Part shown: positions 52,571 to 64,000 of the stretch, one piece after another
Layout: every line of letters starts with the position of its first letter
How positions within the stretch are numbered: the stretch's first letter is position 1
Notes under the pieces: model-generated
Databases searched by the model: none
Told to the model about the DNA's origin: nothing
The model's input: only the letters and a program-made list of their open reading frames with translations
Made by a program: the position numbers and the translations under genes
NCBI GenBank assembly: GCA_000165425.1
Contig: CT868063.1
Coordinates: 1-64,000 of the forward strand
DNA from: Paramecium tetraurelia
Lineage: Eukaryota
DNA: 64,000 bases
Reading direction: 5' to 3'

Positions 52571-55532
52571 ATGTTACCACTTAGTTAAAATGACTTCCCT
52601 TTATAAAGTCAAAATCTTGACTTCCCTTTATAAAGTCCAAATCTTGCGAATTCAATGGTACTGATAAGCAAAAGAAATCTCCATAATGAGGAGGATGAAT
52701 TTTTAACCAATTTTAAAACCAAGCAATCCTAATTTAACATGCTTGAAAAAATAAAGATATCTCGAGAGGCTAGCGATTAAAGCATTGCTTCTTAAGAGGA
52801 GTCTGATGAGTTTAATAATTAATTAGGCTTTAAAAACAGGATATGGAAAGACAGAGCCCTTAATATAATAGTTCTTGTAGCCAGATTTGTGACTTACCTA
52901 TTAACTAATTCTGATAAATTTAAATTAAGATATCTAGATCATCGGCAATTCAAAGTTATTGGGGATAAAGCAGCCGACTTCAATTTTTACTTGACCCACA
53001 AATTAATAAGAGCTAGAGAAAAGGAAGGATCATGGGTAGTTATTACTAAATATTATATTAGTAAGCATTGCAAACAAAATTTAAAATGTATATGGGTTTC
53101 TTGCGAGTTTTTTCCTCGATTATTAAGCCAATCAAACCAGATAATATACTAAAGTTATAATGGGATGTTGTGGTATTTTTAATTCTTTTGATAAACATAT
53201 TATATATTCCACTTAAGATATCATTTGATATAATTGTGGTTGATGGTGTAGATTTTTTTCTTGACACTTTGCCTTAGTATGTATTTGTATTTGAAATTTT
53301 ATTGAACTTCAATGTGGCATATTATTCAAGAGGAGTGCTTGTTTTGAATCGAGGATAAATATTTAAACATTATTTAAAAGGAAAATTTATTCTAGACTTT
53401 ATTGTTGTAATCCCTTTTGTGATTGGTCGATAAAATATTCCTTATATAGAATTTGTGCTATTATTTAGAGTTTCAAGAGTAAAAGTAAATAGTTACTATT
53501 TAGGTTATGCATATTTTTGAAAATATTGTTGAAACACTTAATCTTAGAGTTAATTTTGCATCTGCAGTAGATATTGTATCACTACTGTCAACTTTTTTGT
53601 TTGCATCTCATATCATAGCCTGTTTTTGGCATTTTATTGCCATACAAGAATCGGAGTTCGAAAACAATACTTGGATATAGAGAGCTTAATTATCAGAGGA
53701 GAATTGGAAGGTTAGATATCTTACAAGTTTTTACTGGGCATGTATTACAACCTTAACAATCGGATATGGAGATATAATACCAGTATTTATACCTCATATT
53801 TTGAGGTAACCAAGTATGAAAAAGTATTTGTCATCTTTGTTACATTATTGAGTTCAATCATCTTTGGTTACACCATTTCTAGTATTGGATCTATTTTTGC
53901 TTAAATGAGTGAAAACAAAAATTATCTGAGAGATAGAATGACAATGATCGACTCTTTTCTTAAAAAGAGAGGCTTAAACAAGGATTTATAAGTTAAAGTA
54001 AAGAAGTTCTTTGAATATTACCTAAAATAAGAAAGAGATACGGAGTCAGAATGCGAAAAATTAATGGTTCATCTATCAGGAAATCTTAACAAAGAGGTTA
54101 AAATAGACTTTTATAAGAATTTGTTACAGAATTCCAAATTAATTAGATAGAATTTTTCTCAACAATTTATAGAAAAATTATGCATTTTGGTTAAGGAATA
54201 GACCTTTGTACCTGAAGAAACCATATCTATTGAAGGGTAAGAAATTTATCATTAGTAGATAAAAAGTTGACCGAATCTACTTCATTCTAAAAGGAGAGGT
54301 TGAAGCTTATATTAGCAACCATAAAATTATTAAAGTATACCAGAGAAATTAAGCTATCGATGAGAAATCGTTTATTTCTTAACATCCTGCTTTGTTTTCA
54401 ACAAGAGCTGTCAAATTTTCAAAATTAGCCTACATTACATACGAAGATCTTCAAGAATTGTTAAAATATAATCAAAAGGATCGAGAGCATTTTTATTATG
54501 TTAAACATTAGATTGAATTTAATGGAAGAGTGAAAATGGGAGGATGTGAATTGTGTCGTTAAAATCATACATTTACTAGATGCCCTTTTGTATTTTATAC
54601 ACCTAATTGCTTAAGATTATTTAAAAAAAATGATCATGATGAAAAATAAAAAAGAACCTTTAAATTAAGGAGAAATGAGAAAATACATAATGTAATGTAA
54701 ATTAATTATTAATTAATAGAACACCTTTGGTTCATTGAGAAATCTATAATCCTTGGTTTTCAATTTCTGTGCAGCTCAAGGATTCCTCAATGAAATAGGA
54801 CTTAATTCTGAATTTATTATTTCCAACAGATTCCATATGCAATAAGATTCAGCTTAAGAAGAATAAGAACCGAGTGAATCAATCTCATAAAATGAATCAG
54901 ATAAAAAGATTCGTTCATAAAATCTATTATTATTCAAAAGAGATTCTAAAAGAAAGGATTCAGATATCAATAATAAAGAGGAAAAATCAAGTAGATCAAA
55001 AAAAAGAAGACCAACTAAAATATCTATCTAAAAAGCCTATTAATACAAAAATTTAGGATCACAAGATAGAGATACAACTCCTTTAGAAAGAAAAATTAAA
55101 TAAAGTGGTAAAAGAGGAACTATTATTATAAATTAAATCAAAATGGACTAAAGTTAAAAAATGGAAGAAGAACAAAATTTATACTAATCTCCTTTGATAT
55201 TAACTTAGCAGCAATCCCAATAATAATAACAATAATAATAATAATAACAATAATAATAGTTATAATCATACTCTTCAGAATAAAATAAATTTTATGAAAT
55301 AGACTAAGTTTTATTAATAGAAATAGAAATTTCTAGATTGATGGCTGCCAAAGAGTGTGATATTGATGCCTAAACTGAAATGGAGTTTTATGATACTGGA
55401 TTTAACTTAGAATAGGTTGTTACCAAATTAAAAAAGGCTACAAAAATACCAATAAAATTAAAAAGAAGAAAAATGAGAAAATCATTGGCGCGATCTTAGT
55501 CCATTCGCCATATTAGCCAAACAAGGCTGTGA
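52571..55532 (+). CDS. Six-TM K+ channel with cyclic-nucleotide-binding homology domain (EAG/HCN-like)
   Basis: S4 LLFRVSRVK, pore TTLTIGYGDI, C-linker LQVKVKKFFEY, CNBD-like FVPEETI..IYFILKGEV; poly-Q tail; tiny introns. Confidence 0.93.
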
Positions 55533-55919
55533 ATATAAATGAATATAAGCTAAAATTAATTAATTAATTAACATTCATTTTTTACATTATTTTATAAATT
55601 TCTGATATTGTTATTTATGAGTTACACCACTAATCCTTATAAGATGCTATTAATACTTACTGTTTATTTATAGAAATTTCATACGAACTGATGGCGATTG
55701 ATAAACTATTTTCAAAAAAAACTGGATTTTTTTTAGAAGTAATCTATATTTTATTGATTGAATTCATAAATAAATTAATAGTTATAACCTAAGATCTTGA
55801 GGGTAAATCGAAATGAATATTTTGATTCTGATTATGGAAAAGTTGATCAATCAGCAAAATTATGAATCGATATGTTTTACAAAAATAGAATTAGGATTAA
55901 TTTATATATTTTAAGTTTG

Positions 55920-56432
55920 ATGAGAGATAAAGAATACAATAAATTGAAAAGAGATTAACCAATAAAATTTAGAAAGGGAAAAAATGTGTATAAAATTTCC
56001 AAATGGCCAAAATAACAAAGATTTATAATAGATAGTACTTGGGATTATGGGGATAAAATATAGCAAGTTCTTTAAAGCGATAATAAAAATTAGAAATCTC
56101 TATTTGATGTAAGGAACCATTAAAATTAAATATATTTTCTAAAAAAAGCTATATTGTCAGGTCTTTAAAAAACCAGATATTTATAAATTTAATATGCAAG
56201 AAAGGTGAGATAGATATTATCAGCCTGTTTACAAGAATATTCGTGTATTTTAGATTGTGACTAAACGAAACTTAGTCAAAATTCTCAGTAATTTATAAAC
56301 AGTAACAGGAATATGATGATTTATGAGAGCATGAAGAAAGTTCATTTGAAATTAAATTTTAAAACCATTTTGCTAAGTTTATAAAGGCTGCTAAATGTTT
56401 TTGCCTACTAAAATTATTTGGGAAGCAATTGA
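55920..56432 (+). pseudogene. Hypothetical ORF or decaying gene (broken coding-like sequence upstream from ~55690)
   Basis: 170-aa code-6 ORF MRDKEYNKLKRD...; upstream frames interrupted by TGA. Confidence 0.35.
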
Positions 56433-56462
56433 TTAATATATATTCACAAATAATAATAAAAA

Positions 56463-56938
56463 ATGAAATCATTTACCCTAATCTACTACATTGTTCCTTA
56501 AGACAACGATGATGTTGAAATACCTAATGCATTCGGGTAATTTCTATATTGATAGCAAGAATAGGTAAACCAGTAGATCAAGTCACCCTTAAGGATGTTA
56601 AGAGTAGTTTTCCGCTTTAGGGAGAATATATATTCAGATTTAGATATAAAACAAGTCATAATACAGTCTGGCTTGATTTACCTACAGACACATCTTAGAT
56701 TCCGTTATTCAATAATCGCATCTTGATTAAAGCGACAAGAATTAGTTGGGAAACCTAAAATAATTAAAGTCAATCGGCTTCAGTATCATAACAACTTAAT
56801 AATCTTGCGCCATAACATATTCAAAACTAGACAGTGAATTAATAAGCTTTTGCATAATTTTAATAACCGCAGCCGACTCAATAGCAACCATAATAGTAAT
56901 AATAATCGTCCCAAAACTAAAATTTAATTGATTTTTGA
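56463..56938 (+). CDS. Stand-alone DIX-domain protein with Q-rich tail
   Basis: FTLIYYIVPQDNDDVEIPNAFGI...VTLKDVKSSFPLQGEYIFRFRY...VWLDL...IPLFNNRILIKATR; 23-nt intron; ends NLIDF. Confidence 0.82.
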
Positions 56939-56984
56939 ATATTGATTGTTGTGTTATTTAATATAATATATATGTATTGCTGTT

Positions 56985-57871
56985 TCAAGTCCAATATCTT
57001 TAACTTGGTTCTCTTGGGAATTTCATTTCTTCGATACAGACGATAACATCATCATAGATTGAGTTATTAATGAATGGTAAATTTTACAATGCAGGTCCTT
57101 GTCTCACTCTTGCATATTTGTCATAAACTGAACCATGACAAATGCAGACCCAACCCTATAATATTGAGGGATGATATTTACATTATAAGCACCTAAATAT
57201 GGGATTGGAATGCATCCTAAATGAGTACACAATGCACTAACAACCAAGACTTTAGTGTTTCCACAATTAGTAAGAACAACTTCAGAACTAACAATTAAAT
57301 TTAAGAATTCACCTTGGATCTAAAATTGTTTCTTTTGGTAAGTTATCTTCATCCTTAATTTCTTATTAAGTCAATCTTCTAATGAATACTGGTGTACCAT
57401 TCCATACGATTTACATGACTTCACCTGGTGGTAAATCTCCGATGCTATGCACTAAATGTTAATTATTACTCCATCTCGAGGTATGTGTCTCTGTCATATC
57501 TCTTCCAACCATCTAATCTGCCAATAATTCCAACTGCAAACAATCTTGCAAAGGAGAGTAATCCACCATAATAGACAGCATTCAATGCATAAATTTATGT
57601 TCTTTTAATTTCAGTCTCGTGTTCATTATGAACTCTAGATTAACTATGTAAACAATAAGTACCTATTCTCATCAAACCAATTATCCATTTGAACTTTGAA
57701 ATCAATATGATCTCCAAAATTTCCTGGTCTTGCAGATGTAGTGAAGAATTGTGGTGCTTCTGATACTTGTACTCCCTTGTATAACTTCTAATTGACTCTG
57801 CTATTATATTCTGAAACAAGACCAAAGTGAGCTCTGCCTATAAATGATCTTCGGAATGCTCCACTAATCAT
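56985..57871 (-). CDS. UQCRFS1: Rieske iron-sulfur subunit of mitochondrial complex III
   Basis: CTHLGCIP and CICHGSVYD 2Fe-2S motifs, RVRQGPA; Arg-rich N-terminal presequence. Confidence 0.95.
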
Positions 57872-57916
57872 TTTAAATCTTTTTTTATATAATTTATTAA
57901 TAAATAGTTATTATTC

Positions 57917-59708
57917 TCATATTTTCATCTCTTATATTGATTGTCTGATAGTCATCAAATTGCTCTTCGTTATCTGTTCTGGAGTGGCTTGTAGAATTTT
58001 ATAGATTTATGCTTTCTTGGTGAACACCTGGAAATTATTGTTATTTTCAATTATCAATTTCAACAAGCTGTAATAAAAGGTAAGCTATTCTAGAACATAT
58101 ACCATGGTTTCCTCTTGTAATTGTAATTACTAAGAATCACTGACTCCTGCTAATTTATTATTACATTTATTGAACAGATCTCTTATGCATCTCTGCAATA
58201 AAGTACTAAATAAGAGATAAAATTCATAGCTTTCTGTTACAGATTTGAAGTTTTCATATATTTTTTAGAAACATCTATCTTTGAGCAAAGATTGCTTCAG
58301 TTATTGATTACCTTCTATCATTTAATACTAAATTTAGTTTTAAATAATTACCTATTTGTCATGATATTCTTTTGAAATCAAATATAATTGATTTACTTGG
58401 CTTGTGTATTTTCCAATTGACTCTATGTACACATCAAATTCATAAAGTTAAAATACGTTCCGCTTCTTTTCAACTACTTCCCTTAACAAAATGGTTTTAA
58501 AAAACATATTCTTAATAATCAAGAATTTTAGTTTGATTTATTGTTCCTAATTGAACACAACTTATTTCTCCAATATTCGAAGTATCCTGAACATTAGCTC
58601 CACGAATTGGAATTAAGCCTAAATAACTTCGTCATTTTGAGTCATAAATCGAACACTTTCTCTACTCTTCAAAGCTGATTGAGGCATTGCAGTTTGAGCT
58701 ACCAAATTTATTTTTCTTGTTGGCTGATATTCCGTGGCTCTCTGAGGAGACCTATGATCTCTGTTCTGAGTTGATGAATTTCTGTCTGCCAGTGGTCTAG
58801 GCGCAGTCATAGTATGTCTTCTATAGAAAATAGGATGATGTTCTAGATCGCTGCAGCAAAATCTTTTCGTTTCATCTACTGATAAACATTTTAAAATAAA
58901 CTCTATTGTTTCTCTAGACACAGGGACTTATTAAGGAAATGCTGGGGTTGTTCTCAGCATTACTTAGGCTAAATCTTTTTCATTTGCTGCTTAAAACGGT
59001 ACTTATCCGTACAACATCTCATAAAATATGACTCCCAAGCTCCAAATATCAGTTTTCTCGGAATAAACATTTTTTATCATCGTTTACGGACTCATATACA
59101 GGGCTGTACCTACATTGTAATATATTGTTTCTGGAGGAGCATTCATCATTTTAGAGAATCCATAATCAGCGATCTTCGGAATGCCATTTCGTATTAAAAT
59201 ATTTATTGGCTTCAAATCTCTATGTATCACTCCCTTGGCTACCTGCTCTTTAAAACCATTTACAATGTGCTTCATTATTTTTATAGCCTCTATTTCATCT
59301 ATTCTCTGTTTCTTCTTTATCAATTATCCCAAATCACCTAATGAATTTAAACAATTTGAGTACCCTAATTACAGTATTCAGTAATAATGTAAGTGCAATG
59401 AGGCTTATGATAATAATCATACATTTTCACAACATTTTCAGAATTCATCAACGACAAGGCTCGTATTTCCTGATTCAACAAAAATTCTTCAACCTCATTC
59501 GTTATTTTACTTCTATCTATTATCTATCTATCAGATGAAGATATTATACTTTTATCGCAACGGTCTCATTAGTATTTTCATTCTTCCCTTTGTACACAGA
59601 ACTGCTGAAACCAGACCCTATTTGATCATTCGCACTATAGCTGTAGTGTTCAATCTTAATTAATTTTCCAGACTGAAATGCTGTTGCTGGCACTTGTGCG
59701 TATTTCAT
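57917..59708 (-). CDS. Ser/Thr protein kinase, ULK/Atg1-like
   Basis: IGSGFSSSVYKG, VAIK, HRDLKPINIL, ADYGFSK, VGTALYMSPQ; helical C-terminal region. Confidence 0.88.
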
Positions 59709-60259
59709 TCTTATTTAATTAATTTTATGTATTATAAATTTATAATCAACTATTAATCAACTTCCTGAACACAGATAAATCTTTATTAATCAACTTCAAT
59801 AAAATTGTATAAATTTATTTGAACTACTTCTCTTAAAAATTAATCGCATCTACATTACACATTTATTATATTATTGATGTTCTTGAAAAATAATAAATAT
59901 ATATCTTGATTCTTGTCCATATCCTAATTTAAAGTGCATATTATTTTTGTGTATTTGCTTCAATTTGAGAATTTAAACTTAAAAGAAGAATTTTTAATAT
60001 GCACTTTAACTTATTATCTAGCCAATTCTTACCAATAAATTAGTAAAATTTTAATTGTTAACTTAACAAAAGCAATTTAAGTATTTGGTTTCAATTATCA
60101 TACAAATCAGATTATTGGAGTTCGTATTTTGAATCAAAAATTTGAATGCCATTTTAATTCATGTTTATGATGTATTTATACATTCTAAGCGCATTAGTTA
60201 ACGATTTAGAGTAAATAATTTAAAATAAAATTTCTAAAGTTAACTTATAATTAAATAGA

Positions 60260-60985
60260 ATGGTAATTGAAAATCATGATATTCATTTGATAGATTTAAG
60301 AGCCCTAAATTAATCCATAGATGGGACCAATAATTGCAAAACAATTGCAAAATATTATTAAATAACCTATTGATGGTAAAATGTAAAATATATTGTATTA
60401 GGTGTTCATGTGATGTTCAACGAACAAGATGTTTTTGATATTTAAGCTGATATCGAAGGTCCAGGTAATTAAAATAGAAAACTTTTTAGTTGATACTCCG
60501 TTTTAAGGAGGAGTTTTCAGATGTAAATTAATTTTGCCACCTTAGTTCCCATAAGTTGCACCAAAAGGTATTTAGAATATTTATTTAGGCTTGTTTAATA
60601 CTAAAATATTTCATCCAAATGTATCTGAAAAGGGGGAGATATGTGTTAATACATTAAAAAAGGATTGGAATCCTCTTTAATGGTCGTTAAAGAATATTTT
60701 TGAGGTGATTAAATGCTTATTAATTGTTCCATTCCCTGAGAGCTCTCTAAATGAAGAAGCAGGCAAACTCTTCATGGAAAACTATGATGAATATTTTAAA
60801 AGAGCAAAATTACTTACAAGCATCTACGCTATAAAATAAGATGGAAATGTCTTAAAAGGAAATAATTAAGTAAATAGCTTAAAATATTTAAGAATGTTAA
60901 TGATGATCTAGATAAGAAAAATAAATTGGCTCAAACCCAATAAAAAAAAGAAAACGATTAAAAGAAATGGCTGAAAAGAATTTGA
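60260..60985 (+). CDS. UBE2S: Ubiquitin-conjugating enzyme E2 S
   Basis: [45 protein letters not shown], basic tail KKWLKRI; five introns, first exon is only ATG. Confidence 0.9.
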
Positions 60986-62072
60986 TTACTAATAATTATT
61001 TAAAAGTCATTAATATATATTGTGTATTATATTTATATTAAAATAAGAATCTACGATCAATAATTCTTACCAAGCCAAGTCTTTTTAAAGAATTTTGTTG
61101 ATATAATTTAACTAAACCTATCATATTGACTTAAATTAATAGTATTATTCAACCTTTCTTTAATCTATGGATTAATTACTTAAACCCTATGATGAACTAA
61201 TAAATTTGATTACTCTTGTCCATTTTTCTATAAAGGAAATAGTACTTGTTAATTACGTATAAAATTAATTCACTATGTAATTATCTTAATTAAATTGTGA
61301 TTTCTTTATTGGAAAACAAATTAAACTATAAATTATCTTTTATTTTATTATTCTATGAATTTTTTCTGGGTTTCTAAATCATCATGATATTTCTAGAAAT
61401 TGATGAATGATATTTAATGGATATTTAGTTATATAAAGTTCTCAAATCAATTAATTATAATGCATTTTCTATCTTTCTCGACAATAAATAACAAAGATGA
61501 ATAGCGTATATTTTTCATTTTTTTGATATATATTATTTTTTAATAAGTGAAAAGGAAAATTTTCAAATAAAGTCTAACATTTTTTAAGGATTTAATTGCA
61601 AGTTTCTATCTCATTTTTACATATAATAATTTATAATTTTTTTTTCGGTAATAAAGGAGAACATCCAAACCAGGATTTTTTTTTTTTTCATTATTATTTT
61701 TAAAATAAGAATTCAAAATGAAATTAGATAATAGCTGACATCATTTTTTGACAGTGAAAACATGCAGGGTACAAAATTACAGATAAAAAAAAGTTATAAT
61801 TTCTTTTTAATCAACGATTTGTTAACTTGAAACTTTTGCAATTGGAAAACTGTATGGAATAATTAGAATATTTAGCACCTTAGAAAGTTGGGGTTTACTT
61901 GTCCTTTTTTTGACTTATACCCAATATCGACTCAACATGTTTTAAATCAGAATTCAAATGAAGCATGGTTTAATATTTTTGACTTTTTATATCTTAATTA
62001 AATTTTTTAAAAATAATAAAACTGAGATTGAATAATTATAATGATTCTCATTCAAATGATCCCGAGGCCTTC

Positions 62073-62438
62073 TCAAAATGGATTTATTAATTAATATTTA
62101 GATGTGAGGATTTTAGAAAAATTTACATTACATTATAGAGAGTTGCTGATTTCTTGAATTTCATCAATGTTTTGAATCCTCACATATGCTAAGTTGTCTG
62201 GGTTTAAGAATTTTTAATATTCTTCACGTAATGTTGTTTTATCCATTTTAATATTTCTTAATGGATCCTATGACTTGCAGACCCTTTATTTGATCATTTG
62301 TTTTCTTTCAGTATTACTCACATTTTATTTTATGTAATCGATGAACTTTGGTCGTGTAGCTTCATTGTTTAGCCTATTAAGTAGATCATCTAGACTTTAT
62401 AATTTCTCATATTTTTAGAAATAACACCTTCTTTTCAT
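62073..62438 (-). CDS. Small hypothetical protein (~121 aa)
   Basis: Code-6 ORF MKRRCYFQKYEKLQSLDDLLNRL...NPF-TGA. Confidence 0.5.
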
Positions 62439-62654
62439 TTTCAGATATTCTTAATAATAATAATTAATTATTCTTATAATGTTCCCGAAATATACAGGAG
62501 TGATAATTACACCAAATTCTATTTAATGATGTTGATTCTGAAGAATTTAAGAAGAGTTTTTTGTGTTGAAATTAAATTTTCAAATTTGTAAAATGAACTA
62601 AGAAATTATTATAAATAATGGAACAAAATATATACTATAATTATATTTTTATAA

Positions 62655-63357
62655 ATGAAAACAAACAATAAGAAAATTTTTCCGTCTAATACTTAAAATT
62701 ACTAATCCGTTCCTTAATTGGAGCATGACAACGGGTCTACTTACAAAATGCATTAATCCACAGTTTCAAAGCCTCCACTTTCCATAGTTCCAAGTGAAGC
62801 AAATTAAAGTTACTATCAAATTATAGAAAAAAATAAATTGCTATACCTTGATTATTATAGTCAATACAATGACATGAAATTTATGGAGAATATGGCAAGT
62901 ATTATAATTCTTTAAATACAAGGTTTGAGACCTAAACCTGAAAAGCTAACTTTATTGGAAAATTTTCTCAATATGTTTGAGGACATGATATCTTGTCTTA
63001 TAGTCATTCAAAATACTTTACTTCTTATGAACTTTGACGCCCCTGATTTTGCATAAACGTATGGCTACTTGCCAAATATAATGGCTGATATTTTGAATAA
63101 AGACATTAAAGTAAGAAATTTGATTTATGAAGACTTTAGAGGGACTGCATTTAGAAATAGAGTTTTAATCATCACTAAGATTTTTAGAAACTGTGCTAGA
63201 AGCATTGCAATTTAATTCTGAATAAGCTAATAAAATACATCAACTTGACGTCAAAGCTTGGTCATAAAAATGCTTTAATCATCTCAATAGCTACATAGGC
63301 AATTTATAAAAATCTTAAGTATCTTAAACTACAATACTATGTCCTTGTTTTAAATGA
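62655..63357 (+). CDS. Hypothetical protein
   Basis: MKTNNKKIFPS...; two introns restore the frame to ILCPCFK-TGA. Confidence 0.75.
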
Positions 63358-63379
63358 TTTATATTATATTAATTTATAT

Positions 63380-64000
63380 ATGATGTAATTAAAATAGAAT
63401 CCAAATCAAAACCATCTACAATATCATACGAGAAACCATTCTTTAAATAAATCATACTCATCCAAATAGCCTTCTCCAAATCTACCATTATTACTCAGAT
63501 AATAAACAACATTTCCAGACTAGAAAATTCACAATCAAAATGAATCTAGTTATGCGAACTAGAATATAGAAATTTTGGGGGACTTTATATTGCCATCCTC
63601 TAAATTTACAAAATAGTAGAATATGATTTTGGCAGATGAACTCACAGAAAAAATCTCATCGTTACGCAATAATAAAAATTTAAATATTATTAAATAAATG
63701 GTAAGAACAAGAGTAAAAACTTAACATAGTGATTTAGAAAATTCTATGATCTCATCCCAAAGGTTGATCACAGATCCAGGTATAGTTCTTCCAAAAAAGC
63801 TGTAAAACAATTAATTCCTCATTGATAAAGAGTTAGTTTTTGAGGATGGAGTCAAATATCCTTATAGATTATATATGATGAATGTAAGGAGAAAAAACTT
63901 GATATCTTAATTACTTACTAATACAAATATAAATTCTGTGTCAAAGGATTGCTATAACGATTCTAAAAACAAAGATTTAGCAGAAAGATTGGTCGCTTAA
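63380..64000 (+). CDS. Hypothetical protein, 3' end outside the window
   Basis: MMQLKQNPNQNHLQYHTRN... open in code 6 to the window end. Confidence 0.7.

Noticed and set aside
2992..59538. Supplied six-frame ORFs as stand-alone small proteins
   Set aside because: They were computed with TAA/TAG as stops. They are gap-spanning artefacts, fragments of longer code-6 genes, or antisense and off-frame shadows (for example 13220, 13652, 26523, 31688, 41544, 42878, 45187, 50682, 59181).
62102..62185. 11-bp inverted repeat ATGTGAGGATT/AATCCTCACAT as transposon ends
   Set aside because: Short, inside a probable ORF, with no target-site duplication; expected by chance in 64 kb of AT-rich DNA.
1..64000. 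Transposons, retained IESs or rRNA genes
   Set aside because: No transposase or reverse-transcriptase motifs, no rRNA-like segments, and the interruptions I resolved in intact genes are GT..AG introns, as expected for somatic DNA.

Overview
Left end of a ciliate macronuclear chromosome, very likely Paramecium. Evidence: a CCCAAA-type telomere at 1-80, very AT-rich DNA, 20-32 nt GT..AG introns and tightly packed genes that read through only under genetic code 6 (TAA/TAG=Gln, TGA=stop). The supplied standard-code ORF track therefore shows only fragments and antisense shadows. I translated the genes by hand, so exon boundaries are approximate. The first ~5.4 kb is decayed subtelomere: a TPR gene cut by the telomere, a Cys-rich surface-protein pseudogene and two assembly gaps. 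About 30 protein genes follow, including five kinase-fold genes (one a pseudokinase), two EF-hand/PIP5K fusions, three paralogous two-TM proteins, a ~1800-aa LRR plus multi-TM protein, LMBR1-like, 4EHP-like eIF4E, PTB-like, AIG1-like, a CNBD-type K+ channel, a stand-alone DIX protein, Rieske ISP and UBE2S. The most striking feature is a 218-bp-period array of three tRNA-Gln genes. It combines the code-reassigning UUA tRNA with two UUG tRNAs; the middle gene looks like a recombinant of its neighbours and the last has C at the near-invariant U33. No database searches were run; family calls rest on recognised motifs.
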